This document shows positions 18,100 to 27,965 of a DNA stretch of 64,000 nucleotides, piece by piece. A program made the position numbers and the translations under genes. Every line of letters starts with the position of its first letter. Positions within the stretch are counted from its first letter, which is position 1. The notes beneath the pieces are model-generated. The model made no database searches, was not told the DNA's origin, and was given only the letters and a program-made list of their open reading frames with translations. Source of the stretch: Patescibacteria group bacterium (GTDB taxonomy: Bacteria; Patescibacteriota; UBA1384; 2-12-FULL-50-11); assembly GCA_038058635.1 (NCBI GenBank), contig JBBUAP010000001.1, positions 13,606 through 77,605 of the forward strand, written 5' to 3'.

Positions 18100-18445
18100 T
18101 TATTCCTCTGTGGTGTTTTATTTTGGGCTCGTTTTCGGCATCGTCTACTGTCACAACATCAATCCGAATATTATCCCTCTTATATTTCATCATTAGTTCG
18201 TGAGCAAGCAAAATCAATTTCTCGCGTTTACGAGGAGTTATCATCTCAATCGCCGCTCCTCGGAAGTTAGAAGTTTTGGCTTTGACCTCGACAATCACCA
18301 GCGTTTTCCCGTCGCCAGCCAGAATGTCGATCTCGCCGAATTTAGTCCGGAAGTTTCGTTTCAGAATCCGGAACTTCTTCTGCTTCAGAAGTCGCTCCGC
18401 CCAGCTCTCCCCCGTCTGGCCCAGTAATTTGCTCTGAAACGTCAT
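18083..18445 (-). CDS. YraN/UPF0102 family endonuclease-like protein
   Basis: [44 protein letters not shown]. Start chosen at MTFQSK inside ORF 18083..18598. It overlaps the 3' tail of rplS in another frame. Confidence 0.55.
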   Translation of the reverse strand: MTFQSKLLGQTGESWAERLLKQKKFRILKRNFRTKFGEIDILAGDGKTLVIVEVKAKTSNFRGAAIEMITPRKREKLILLAHELMMKYKRDNIRIDVVTVDDAENEPKIKHHRGIIEFNG

Positions 18446-18995
18446 CAGATATATCCTCGCTTGTTTCGGACGTTTCGGCAACGGCGTCGGAAGATTCTGG
18501 TTTACCCCGAGCATCGTCGAGGGGCAACTCGTCATTAGTTTCTGGCTCGGCCTGAGAAGCTTCAATACTAGCTTCTTGCTCGGACTCCTCTTTGGCAATC
18601 TCCTTCTGTTCGGCCGCTACCTCTTCCCAAACCGTACCTTCGACGCCCTTGTCTTTGAGTTTGAAGCGGCGTGACATAGCGTATTCACGGACGAAGTTAA
18701 GCTTAGCGCGACGGACTTTGCCGGATTTGACGCGTTCAACTTTAGTGACCCACGGCGAATGAAACGGAAATGTTCGCTCGACTCCGACTCCGTCAACGAC
18801 CTTACGGACAGTGAACGAACCCTGAAATGATTTAGTCGCCTTAGTACCAATGACTAAACCCTCAAAAATCTGAATGCGTTCTTTGCCGCCCTCGCGGATC
18901 TTGTAGTGGACCTTAACTGTTTCACCCGGTCGAACTTCAGCAACCTTGGTCTTCATTTGGGTGGCCTGAAACTGGTCGATCACCGCACTGTTCAT
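18342..18995 (-). CDS. rplS: 50S ribosomal protein L19 with a roughly 100-aa acidic C-terminal extension
   Basis: The N-terminal 115 aa match L19 ([31 protein letters not shown]). A D/E/S-rich low-complexity tail follows. Confidence 0.8.
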   Translation of the reverse strand: MNSAVIDQFQATQMKTKVAEVRPGETVKVHYKIREGGKERIQIFEGLVIGTKATKSFQGSFTVRKVVDGVGVERTFPFHSPWVTKVERVKSGKVRRAKLNFVREYAMSRRFKLKDKGVEGTVWEEVAAEQKEIAKEESEQEASIEASQAEPETNDELPLDDARGKPESSDAVAETSETSEDISDDVSEQITGPDGGELGGATSEAEEVPDSETKLPD

Positions 18996-19267
18996 GATTT
19001 TACGGAAACGAATTTCTTTGTAGACCTGTTACCAGCAAAATTGATGACTTTACGCTCGGTAAATTTAACTTCGCCGTCGGCAACGGCAAAAATTGTATCA
19101 TCATTTCCAGCCATCACCCCGTCACCTAGAAAATATTTACTGCCGCGTTGACGGACGATGATCATGCCCTTTTTAACAACTTCGCCACCAAACAACTTCA
19201 CTCCCAGTCGTTTCGACTGCGAGTCTCGGTTATTCTTACTAGAACCTTTCGCTTTGGTATGGGCCAT
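18992..19267 (-). CDS. rpmA: 50S ribosomal protein L27
   Basis: [31 protein letters not shown]...IVRQRGSKY. Confidence 0.9.
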   Translation of the reverse strand: MAHTKAKGSSKNNRDSQSKRLGVKLFGGEVVKKGMIIVRQRGSKYFLGDGVMAGNDDTIFAVADGEVKFTERKVINFAGNRSTKKFVSVKS

Positions 19268-19369
19268 ATGTAGGGAAAATTATATCGAATTACTTGGGAA
19301 GCGTCAACGAGCTCAAAAGAAAGGCTGGCAGATCGTGCCAGCCAAGGGATGTCGTAAAGTCGTGAGGGC

Positions 19370-19624
19370 CTACATCAGACCCTCGATGTAGCTGATGAGT
19401 TCTTTGACCGTCGTCGTTCCGCTGACTTTGCCTGGATCGTCGGGAATTTCGATAGCCAGCTCATTCTCCAACTCCATCTGCATATCAACGAGATCAAGAC
19501 TATCGAGCCCGAGTTCGCCCAGCGTTGTTGCATCACTGATTTCACCGGAGAATTTTGAGCTTCGGTTGTTCTCTAAGACTTTGAGAACAGTCTCTCGTAA
19601 CTGAACACTATCGATACGTGCCAT
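19370..19624 (-). CDS. acpP: acyl carrier protein
   Basis: LGLDSLDLVDMQMELE phosphopantetheine-attachment motif (DSLD). Start at MARIDS inside ORF 19370..19696. Confidence 0.65.
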   Translation of the reverse strand: MARIDSVQLRETVLKVLENNRSSKFSGEISDATTLGELGLDSLDLVDMQMELENELAIEIPDDPGKVSGTTTVKELISYIEGLM

Positions 19625-19783
19625 AGGACTAAACCTCCAGCGCAGGTAGCGCAAGATGAAGCTTACCAATTTCCACTCGAATGGTAAACCATACAACGGA
19701 GCCCTGGTTATGCGCCCGTCAGATATTTCTTTGCGAAAAGACTATGCCTTTGAAAATTAGTACACGAATTCGCAACCGAAACT

Positions 19784-20554
19784 TTATCCAGCTCTCTCAA
19801 GTCCCGTACCCAATTTCCAAAGTGCCTCGAACTGCTGCCGGTAGGACTCGGCAATATGGCGGTTCTCAATAATAACAATAGAGGTATTATCTGGATCCAT
19901 TACTTCAAGTGCAACTTTGTGGCCGTAGATGACAATCGCCACTGGACCAATGTATTCCCCAGGAAGCTCTCGTATCGTTAATAATGGCTGGGCTTGAAAC
20001 TGACGGCTAAAATCCTGACCAGCAAAGGCAATCATCCGAAGTGAGATATTTCGCTTTGCAAAAGTTTTGGCTGCTTTTTCGTATAAAGGCCAGATTCCAT
20101 CAAGTCGCTCGAATATTTCTCCCTGGCCTCCTAGAATCAGGTACTCGTTGTCTTTCTTCAAGGTATCCAACAGATCGTTAATCAATACCCCAAACCCTTC
20201 CGCACCCTCAATAACACGAACCACGTGCGGTTGCCGCTGGTGCATGCCCTTGAGAATTGGTTGTAGTGCTTCAGCTACATAAACTTTGTCCCGAACCTCC
20301 TTTATCAACAGATCTGTATCGGTTACAGAAAAATACAAGCGCTTGTGCTTTTCGTACTTTCTTACCAGCGCGGCCTCCTCCAAGCGCTTAAGCGCTCGGT
20401 AGGCTTGCTCTCGGTGAAGCTTAACGTGCTCTAGCATCATCCCCACCGACGCCTCTCCCTGACGCAATATTTCAACATAAAGAGCAGCCTCGTGTGAGGA
20501 CAGCCCTATTTCTTCAAGTTGTTTCGTCACGTTATTGTGATTCATTTCCGCCAT
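19784..20554 (-). CDS. TrmB-family transcriptional regulator
   Basis: N-terminal TrmB-type wHTH (LSSHEAALYVEILRQGEASVGMMLEHVKLHREQAYRALKRLEEAALV) plus a C-terminal effector-like domain. Confidence 0.55.
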   Translation of the reverse strand: MAEMNHNNVTKQLEEIGLSSHEAALYVEILRQGEASVGMMLEHVKLHREQAYRALKRLEEAALVRKYEKHKRLYFSVTDTDLLIKEVRDKVYVAEALQPILKGMHQRQPHVVRVIEGAEGFGVLINDLLDTLKKDNEYLILGGQGEIFERLDGIWPLYEKAAKTFAKRNISLRMIAFAGQDFSRQFQAQPLLTIRELPGEYIGPVAIVIYGHKVALEVMDPDNTSIVIIENRHIAESYRQQFEALWKLGTGLERAG

Positions 20555-20672
20555 CTTTTATCTTGTCTAGAACCAGTTTATAACAAGCTCGTGTCAATGT
20601 CAATAGTTGTAACAACAATGTGTTGACATTCTCTACTATTCTGTTAATATTCGACGTAGAAAGGAGAGTAAA

Positions 20673-20711
20673 TGAATAGCCCCATAAAACCGCAGTTACC
20701 AAGCGCGTAAA
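20673..20711 (+). CDS. 12-codon upstream ORF (MNSPIKPQLPSA) with a strong SD, upstream of the YcaO gene
   Basis: AAAGGAGAG then 4 nt then ATG. Stop 37 nt upstream of the nearest YcaO start candidate (the TTG at 20740 opening the ORF). Confidence 0.3.
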
Positions 20712-20757
20712 TAGAAACATCCAGCAGTCACCCAGGTGATTGCTGGTGCAAAAAACT

Positions 20758-22311
20758 ATGAAAAATTACTACCTCCAGCCAGGATGGGAGATTATCCCCC
20801 GTGAGTCAGGAGTTGAACTTCTGCCACTGAACGATAGCCAGAAACCTCTGTTTTTGGAGAATTGTCGTGAAGTTCCAAGTGTTGCGGGGCTTTTTGAGGC
20901 ACTCCGTTCAGGAATCAGCACCAAGTCCGTCCTTCCGGGTTATAAAAGCACCCTTTCGAAGTTGATCGATCGTAAAGTAGTTGTACTTCACGATGAGCCC
21001 ACTGCCGCCAAGAAGATTCCCGGTTACTTAGGCGCGCTTTATAATCACTGTGTTGGTCACAACGGAATCGTCCACTCGGTCTCGACAGTCACACATTGCG
21101 AGGCGATAACAATTTCGGAGGCAATTGGGTTGAGCTCCAAGCTCATCAAGTACCAACCAACCTTAAACTACGGCTGGGGAGCAGACCCGAGCGCTGTGAT
21201 GGCAAAAATAAAGGCGATCGTTGAGTGCGTGGAGAGATTTGCGCTCTCAAATTACAGTTCCGAAAACTTACGCCTGGCTACTTGGAAAGAGGTGCAAAGA
21301 CACTCACTGACCGCCCGCGAGCTAAACACCTCGCCAAATACTTTGATCAGCGCCGGGGCAATAGAATGGGGCAAGCTAGATGAGTTAAACGGCTCAGGAT
21401 CCATTTACGCGCCACTCGACTTTCTCTATCACCCAGTCGACTACTGGTCTCTTGGTCGTCTGCCGGTCTGCCCAATGAATATCTCTGGGGTTGCCGGCCA
21501 CCAAACAAAGGAGGCCGCCGCGGTCAATGCGATTCTAGAGCTTTGTGAGCACGAGGCACTTATGGTGACTTGGTTTGGCAAGCGCAAGACTTCTACGATA
21601 AAGCGCGGAAGCATGGACACGACGTCCAAGAATCTTATTGATCTTTCGGAGCGTAACGGTTGGCGGATAATCGTTAAAGATATCAGCCTCGATCTTGTGC
21701 CTGTCGTCATGGCAATTGGGCTGGGGCCGGCGGGCAAAAGGGCGCTGACCATCGGCTCGAGTGCGGCCTTTAGTTCTAAATACGCCATCAAGAAGGCCGT
21801 CCTTGAAGTAGTGCGAACCATTCTGATGGATGAATCTCGGCTGACCAAACCGTCCGAAATCGAAGAAGAAAAAGTAAACGACATATCCACCCACGCCCAG
21901 TATTACTCCGCCCACAAGCGCCTGAAGCAGGTGGAATGGTTGTGGGAGGGAAGTCGGGAAGTTGAGGCTAAAGACCTCATGACTCACGGCCGTTTCATGA
22001 ATCGTCCCTTGGGTGAAGTCGCAAAATTGTGGGAGAAAGGTGGAGATCCCGAAAGACGGGAGTTGGCCTATATAAGCGAAATTTTGGGGCAGGCTGGCCA
22101 AAGGGTTTATCTAGGTGACATAACGCCGAAATCCATAAAAGACTCTCCTTTGCCGCTGGTAGTTGTACGAGCTCTTGTGCCCGAAATGACTCGAATGGTT
22201 GTTGGCTATAACCTAAGACCCGCCCCAACAACGCGCTACCGCTCGTTGCTAAAAAGATACTGCCCGAATAAGCAGGCATCAGCCCCGGCAAAAGTCCATC
22301 CGTTTAGCTAG
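20758..22311 (+). CDS. YcaO-domain protein (standalone)
   Basis: KAIVECVERFA (ExxER ATP/Mg-binding region) and GVAGHQTKEAAAVNAILELCEHEALMVTWF (YcaO core). No E1-like, dehydrogenase or TfuA partner is adjacent. Start chosen at the ATG at 20758; ORF opens at a TTG at 20740. Confidence 0.6.
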   Translation: MKNYYLQPGWEIIPRESGVELLPLNDSQKPLFLENCREVPSVAGLFEALRSGISTKSVLPGYKSTLSKLIDRKVVVLHDEPTAAKKIPGYLGALYNHCVGHNGIVHSVSTVTHCEAITISEAIGLSSKLIKYQPTLNYGWGADPSAVMAKIKAIVECVERFALSNYSSENLRLATWKEVQRHSLTARELNTSPNTLISAGAIEWGKLDELNGSGSIYAPLDFLYHPVDYWSLGRLPVCPMNISGVAGHQTKEAAAVNAILELCEHEALMVTWFGKRKTSTIKRGSMDTTSKNLIDLSERNGWRIIVKDISLDLVPVVMAIGLGPAGKRALTIGSSAAFSSKYAIKKAVLEVVRTILMDESRLTKPSEIEEEKVNDISTHAQYYSAHKRLKQVEWLWEGSREVEAKDLMTHGRFMNRPLGEVAKLWEKGGDPERRELAYISEILGQAGQRVYLGDITPKSIKDSPLPLVVVRALVPEMTRMVVGYNLRPAPTTRYRSLLKRYCPNKQASAPAKVHPFS

Positions 22312-22358
22312 CAGTTCTTTGGACAAAAACCCCCCTTGTTGTTACAACAAGTATTGCC

Positions 22359-25300
22359 ATGGCGCAGCCTAATTTTGTCCATCTTCATGTTCACTCCCAC
22401 TACTCGTTGCTTGATGGGTTGGGGAAGGTGCCGGAGTTGGTGGGACGGGCCAAGGAGCTCGGGATGCCAGCTCTAGCCATAACAGATCATGGCGTGATGT
22501 ACGGGGCGATTGATTTTTATTTGGAGTGTCAGAAGCAGGGCATCAAGCCGATTATCGGCGTCGAGGCCTATGTGGCCAGACGCAAAATGACCGACCGGAC
22601 CCCGGGCGAGGATACCAAGCCGTACCACCTTTTGCTCCTGGCTAAAAACTTCCAGGGTTACCAGAATCTGATTAAGTTGACTTCCGCCGCCCACCTAGAT
22701 GGCTACTACTACAAGCCCCGAATTGATCGTGATTTGCTCTCCCGCCATCACGAAGGCTTAATCGCCACCACCGCTTGCTTGGCCAGCGAGACTTCTCGCT
22801 TGATTGAGAACAAAGATTTTAAGGGCTTGAACCAAACCGTCGGCGAATACAGCGAAATCTTCGGTAAGGACAATTACTACCTCGAGCTTCAACACCATCC
22901 GTCTATCCCCGAACAGCAAGTGCTCAACACTCATCTCAAAAATTTGGCCGCCAAAACTGGCCTGCCACTAATTGCCACCAACGATGTTCACTATGTTAAC
23001 TCCGACGATCGGGTCGCCCACGACCAACTGATTTGTATCCAAACCGGTAAATTGGTCAGCGATACCGATCGGATGGTCTACGGCGGCGACTTCTCGCTTA
23101 AAGCCCCTCAAGAATTATTGGAAGCCTTCGGCGATGTACCCGAAGCGCTGTCCAATACCTTGAAAATTGCCGAAATGGTTGACCTTGAGATTCCGCTCGG
23201 CCAAAGTCTTTTGCCCCACTTCCAACTGCCTAAGGGCGAAACCGAAGAATCTTATCTGCGCGCTTGGTGCGAACAAGGCTTACAGAAGCGCTACGGCGAG
23301 ATTACTCTCGAAATTCGGGCCCGCCTAGATTACGAGCTGGAAACGGTCATGAAAACCGGCTTCCCGGGCTACTTCCTGATTGTGGCAGATATGATTAAAT
23401 TCGCCCGCTCCAAAGGTATCTACGTTGGCCCTGGTCGTGGCTCGGCCGCCGGCTCAATTATCGCTTTCGTCACCGGCATTACCAATGTTGATCCGCTCAA
23501 GTACGGTCTGCTTTTTGAGCGATTTCTAGACTTAAATCGCATCTCGATGCCAGATATCGATATGGATTTTGAAGACACGCGTCGCGGTGAAGTGATCGAA
23601 TATCTCAAAGAGAAGTACGGCGCTAACCATGTCGCCGGCATTATTACCTTCGGGACGATTATGGCTCGCGCCGCCATTCGGGACGTCGGTCGGGTGTTGG
23701 GTGTGCCGTACTCAAAGGTCGATGCCCTGGCTAAGCTGGTACCGCCACCCGTTCAAGGCCGTCACACCCCCTTGAAACAAATGGTTGCGGCGGCGCCGGA
23801 GCTAAAGGCAGCTTATGACAGCGATCCAGAGAACAAGCAATTAGTTGACGCCGCCACCAATCTTGAGGGAACGATTAGACACGCATCTCAACACGCCTGC
23901 GCTATTGTTATCTCGAAAGAGCCGCTCGAAAACTACGTCGCCGTCCAACCCTCGCAAGGCGGCGATGTCCACCAAATTACTCAATACTCGATGCTACCGA
24001 TTGAGAAGATAGGTTTGCTAAAAATGGATCTGCTGGGCTTGTCGAACTTGACGACGATGCATCGAGCGACCGAAATTATTGAGGCGGTTTACGGCCCTAA
24101 GATCGACATAGAGAACCTACCGCTCGACGACAAGGAGACTTTCGAGTTGCTGGCGCGGGGCGATTGTGTCGGCGTTTTTCAGCTCGAGAGCAGTGGTATG
24201 CGGCGTTATATTAAGGAACTGCGCCCGACTAAATTTGAAGACATCACGGCGATGGTTTCGCTCTATCGACCCGGCCCGATGCAATGGATTCAGAGTTTTA
24301 TCGACCGCAAGAATGGCCTAGAGGAGGTTAGATATCTCCACCCATTAGCCGAAAGTGCCCTTAAAGAAACCTACGGCATTCCCGTTTACCAGGAGCAGGT
24401 CATGCGAATGTCTAAGGATATGTGCGGTTTCACCGGCGCTGAGGCCGACACCTTGCGTAAAGCAATGGGAAAGAAGATTCCCAAGTTGATGAAGGAGATG
24501 AAGACCAAATTCATCGAAGGCGCCATAAATAACGGCGTCAGCAAGGAACAAGCGACCGACATCTTTCGTCAGCTAGAAGACTTTGCCGCTTACGCTTTTA
24601 ACAAAAGCCACGCCACATGTTATGCGCTGATCGCATTTCAAACCGCTTACTTGAAAGCCCACTACCCTGACTGTTTTATGGCGGCGGTGATGACAAGCGA
24701 CTTGGGTGATACCGACCGATTATCGATCGAGATCAGCGAATGCGAACGATTAGGTCTGACGGTTTTACCGCCTGACGTCAACGAGTCGTTCACCGACTTT
24801 GCTGTCGTGAAGGAAAAGAAGGCCGTCCGTTTTGGCTTAGGAGCGATTAAAAATGTCGGCACCATTCCTGCCCAATCGATTGTCACTGAAAGAAAGAAGA
24901 ACGGAATATTTACTGATTTGAATGATTTTATGGTTCGGAACTCCGCTCATCTCAACAAAAAAGTCCTGGAGAATATAATCAAAGCCGGGGCGCTTGACCG
25001 GTTTGAAGAGCGAGCTCGCCTAAACGCTGGAGTGGAATTGTTAGCCAAGTTTGTCAGTAACAGCGGTAAGACCGATGCCAGCCAGCTATCGATCTTCGGT
25101 GAAGGAGCAAGCAATAGCGCCGCGCCGGTACTAGAGCTACCGCAGGTCGCCACCGATAAGGCCGCTTACTTAATTTGGGAGAAAGAGCTGCTCGGACTTT
25201 ATCTGTCCGATCATCCGCTCAAACAGTTTTCGACGCTCTTGGCCGAAATTGCCACACCGATCACCGAGTTAGACATTAGTCTGTCTGGCCAGGTTGTTCG

Positions 25301-25847
25301 AGTTGGCGGGATTATTCACGCCCTAAAGAAAATTACGACCAAAAACGGCCAGACGATGGGCTTTATTGAGCTGGAAGATCTCACCGGCACCTTAGAACTA
25401 ATTGTCTTTCCGTCGCACTTCCAAGAATTAACCCACCTCTGGAAACCGGATATGATGGTCCTGATCGAAGGGAAGATCTCCGATAAAGACAATTCCGTCA
25501 AAGTCCTAGTCGATCGTGCTTGGGCCTTAAACGGGTTGAATCCGGTGAACCTGCCGAAAATAAATCAGCCAACGGCTAACGGCAATCAGCGATCAGCAAA
25601 TTATCAATCTCCGAAAGCCGACAGCCGAAAGCCGACAGCCGAAAGCTTTGTTATCGATCTCCCCAAAACGGCTACTAAAGAAACGATATCTCGATTAAAA
25701 CAGGTGCTTGAAGCTCATCCCGGTGCCCTGCCAGTTGAGCTACATATGATGCAGGGCGAGAAGCTCAAAGTGTTCCCAACCAAAGTAGCCGTCAAAACCT
25801 CACCGGAATTGAAAGAGCAGCTGAATAAAATCCTAGACAATAATTAG
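22359..25847 (+). CDS. dnaE: DNA polymerase III alpha subunit
   Basis: PHP domain HVHSHYSLLDGL. Polymerase core and OB-fold C-terminus. 1162 aa. Confidence 0.95.
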   Translation: MAQPNFVHLHVHSHYSLLDGLGKVPELVGRAKELGMPALAITDHGVMYGAIDFYLECQKQGIKPIIGVEAYVARRKMTDRTPGEDTKPYHLLLLAKNFQGYQNLIKLTSAAHLDGYYYKPRIDRDLLSRHHEGLIATTACLASETSRLIENKDFKGLNQTVGEYSEIFGKDNYYLELQHHPSIPEQQVLNTHLKNLAAKTGLPLIATNDVHYVNSDDRVAHDQLICIQTGKLVSDTDRMVYGGDFSLKAPQELLEAFGDVPEALSNTLKIAEMVDLEIPLGQSLLPHFQLPKGETEESYLRAWCEQGLQKRYGEITLEIRARLDYELETVMKTGFPGYFLIVADMIKFARSKGIYVGPGRGSAAGSIIAFVTGITNVDPLKYGLLFERFLDLNRISMPDIDMDFEDTRRGEVIEYLKEKYGANHVAGIITFGTIMARAAIRDVGRVLGVPYSKVDALAKLVPPPVQGRHTPLKQMVAAAPELKAAYDSDPENKQLVDAATNLEGTIRHASQHACAIVISKEPLENYVAVQPSQGGDVHQITQYSMLPIEKIGLLKMDLLGLSNLTTMHRATEIIEAVYGPKIDIENLPLDDKETFELLARGDCVGVFQLESSGMRRYIKELRPTKFEDITAMVSLYRPGPMQWIQSFIDRKNGLEEVRYLHPLAESALKETYGIPVYQEQVMRMSKDMCGFTGAEADTLRKAMGKKIPKLMKEMKTKFIEGAINNGVSKEQATDIFRQLEDFAAYAFNKSHATCYALIAFQTAYLKAHYPDCFMAAVMTSDLGDTDRLSIEISECERLGLTVLPPDVNESFTDFAVVKEKKAVRFGLGAIKNVGTIPAQSIVTERKKNGIFTDLNDFMVRNSAHLNKKVLENIIKAGALDRFEERARLNAGVELLAKFVSNSGKTDASQLSIFGEGASNSAAPVLELPQVATDKAAYLIWEKELLGLYLSDHPLKQFSTLLAEIATPITELDISLSGQVVRVGGIIHALKKITTKNGQTMGFIELEDLTGTLELIVFPSHFQELTHLWKPDMMVLIEGKISDKDNSVKVLVDRAWALNGLNPVNLPKINQPTANGNQRSANYQSPKADSRKPTAESFVIDLPKTATKETISRLKQVLEAHPGALPVELHMMQGEKLKVFPTKVAVKTSPELKEQLNKILDNN

Positions 25848-25849
25848 CC

Positions 25850-26374
25850 CTAGACTTGTCTCGGGCTTCTTTCTGGCTGGAGGCTTTGTTTTTGGATTTG
25901 GACGATCGCCTGCTGGACATCGTAGGGGCTGGTGACATCTTCGAGATCGATTTTTGAGTCGTCAGAAGCGGTCTTAATGACCACGGTGCCAAAGTTGAGC
26001 ATTGTTCGAATCGGGCCCTTGATCTCCGTCGAAATCTCTTGGATCCGGTGAATCTCGGCTTCGGAAATGACTCGGCCGAACAGACTGACTTGATCAATCT
26101 TGATCACGCGTTGGTTGGTGACGATGTAGTCGCAGCCGTTCCACATGAACCAAAAGTAAAAGCTGTAAAGTGCGCCGATTATTATGGTTGCGACAATGAC
26201 AATAGAGGTTATTTTCGACGCTCCAAAACCGAGCAAGGCGACAGCGACAACCGCAATAATCACTAGCCAGACTAGCAGGATAGGCATCAATAGCCAGACA
26301 TGTTGTTTGGTCACTAACGCCACCGTTTCATCGGAGCGCTGACCACGGAAAGAGTAGCTTTCGTTATTCGTCAT
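25850..26374 (-). CDS. membrane protein with a bacterial PH (bPH_2/YdbS-like) domain
   Basis: Two TM helices followed by a GCDYIVTNQRVIKID beta-rich domain. Start at MTNNES inside ORF 25850..26461. Confidence 0.45.
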   Translation of the reverse strand: MTNNESYSFRGQRSDETVALVTKQHVWLLMPILLVWLVIIAVVAVALLGFGASKITSIVIVATIIIGALYSFYFWFMWNGCDYIVTNQRVIKIDQVSLFGRVISEAEIHRIQEISTEIKGPIRTMLNFGTVVIKTASDDSKIDLEDVTSPYDVQQAIVQIQKQSLQPERSPRQV

Positions 26375-26385
26375 TCTTAACTCTT

Positions 26386-27426
26386 CTATATCTTCGTCTT
26401 TCCTCGGGTCTGGGGCAAGATGAACAGGGCCATGATTACCATCGTCGCCAGAACAGCCCAAAACTTGCCAGTTGTTTGAGTGTTGAGAGCGATCAGGCCA
26501 AAAATCAGACTAATGGCGTAAAAGACAAGCAGGATTGTTTTCTTGCCATATCCTCGGTCTAGCAAGCGGTGCGATAGATGACGACGGTCGGCCAGAAACG
26601 GTGACTGATGATGGATGATTCGACTGACAAATACTACCAAGGCGTCCAAAAAAGGGATCGCTAAAACCAGAAAAACCGTCGCGACTTTTCCACCAGAAAT
26701 TATCGCTAAGACCCCAATCAAGAATCCGAGAAACATCGAGCCAGTATCGCCTAAGAACACTTTCCCTCTTAAGTTATAGAACAGGAAACCGACTGTGGCG
26801 CCGAAACCGATTATCGCTAACATAGCGTTAGAGGGCTGGCTAACGACGCTACTTATCGATAGCAAGAATAAGATCATTAACGTTATTGAGCTAACTCCTC
26901 CGGCAACACCGTCAATACTATCAAGCCAGTTAATAACATTGCTGATCACCACCAACCAAACGATGACGAGAATTGATGAGTAGCTGCCGATGATTATCTG
27001 CTGGCCAAACGGATTTGATAGGGTCGGAATTAAGATCCCAAAGCTAGTAATAATAATGGCGGCGACAACCTGGCTCACCAACTTGGTCTGCCAAGAGAGC
27101 CCTTTAAAGTCGTCGAAGATATTGATGATAGTAAGCCAAATAACAGCCAGTAAAAACCCTGCTAAATTACGATCAATTCCTAGTATCGTTGTATTACCGA
27201 AGTTGAGTTGATCAACCGAGACTATCAGAATCACTCCGGCTGTAATTAGGAAGGCGACGACAATGCCAATCCCACCAGTCCGTGGCGTCGGTTGGGTGTG
27301 CTGGTCGCGCGGTCGTATCGCCGGCACGAACCAACCTTTTTTGTGGCAGAGTTTAATCAACCAGCCGTTGATGGTAACCGAGAGAATCAACGACATCAAG
27401 CCAAAAAGCCAGTAGGCTCCGGCCAT
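26386..27426 (-). CDS. glycosyltransferase family 4 polyprenyl-phosphate sugar-1-phosphate transferase (MraY/WecA-like)
   Basis: NIFDDFKGL and NVINWLDSIDGVAGG motifs. About 10 TM segments. 346 aa. Confidence 0.7.
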   Translation of the reverse strand: MAGAYWLFGLMSLILSVTINGWLIKLCHKKGWFVPAIRPRDQHTQPTPRTGGIGIVVAFLITAGVILIVSVDQLNFGNTTILGIDRNLAGFLLAVIWLTIINIFDDFKGLSWQTKLVSQVVAAIIITSFGILIPTLSNPFGQQIIIGSYSSILVIVWLVVISNVINWLDSIDGVAGGVSSITLMILFLLSISSVVSQPSNAMLAIIGFGATVGFLFYNLRGKVFLGDTGSMFLGFLIGVLAIISGGKVATVFLVLAIPFLDALVVFVSRIIHHQSPFLADRRHLSHRLLDRGYGKKTILLVFYAISLIFGLIALNTQTTGKFWAVLATMVIMALFILPQTRGKTKI

Positions 27427-27428
27427 AC

Positions 27429-27941
27429 TTACCAGGTGTTAGACTGATGGACGGTTTGATAATCAACCAGCTCGTCAGGCGTAAACCAGAGAGCGATCTC
27501 ACGCTCGGGGTGTTCGTCGGGGTCGGAAGCGTGGACGAGGTTACGGACGGCTCGGTCGGACTCGTTGGCGTGTTGGCGGGTAACATGGGCAAACATACCG
27601 CGGATGGTGCCAAATTCTGATTCGTTCGGATAAGTCGATCCAGCCAGTCGCTTAACATACTCAATCGCCTTAACACCCTCGACCACCATCGCGACAACAG
27701 GACCGGACAGAAGAAAATCGATCATCTGGGCTTGAATTTTATCACCTTCAAGTCCCCGTTTGTTTAGCCTCTCGCCCAAACCGTCGTAATGATTATCGGC
27801 CAGTTGCTTGTCGGCGGTGGTCATTTTCAAGCCGATAATCTTCAGGCCGCGCTCTTCCAGCTGAGTGATGATTTTACCGACTACACCGCGCTCAACACCG
27901 TCGGGCTTGACCAGGAAAAGGGTTCGTTCAATATGTGACAT
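27429..27941 (-). CDS. ndk: nucleoside diphosphate kinase
   Basis: ERTLFLVKPDGVERGVVGKI and NLVHASD (active-site His). Confidence 0.85.
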   Translation of the reverse strand: MSHIERTLFLVKPDGVERGVVGKIITQLEERGLKIIGLKMTTADKQLADNHYDGLGERLNKRGLEGDKIQAQMIDFLLSGPVVAMVVEGVKAIEYVKRLAGSTYPNESEFGTIRGMFAHVTRQHANESDRAVRNLVHASDPDEHPEREIALWFTPDELVDYQTVHQSNTW

Positions 27942-27965
27942 GATTGTATTTTAGCTAATCTGACC

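Noticed and set aside
25560-25640. Tandem 15-nt duplication (aagccgacagccgaa x2) near the 3' end of dnaE
   Set aside because: It is in-frame (5 aa) and lies in a non-conserved linker before the C-terminal region. Likely a neutral microduplication, not a regulatory element.
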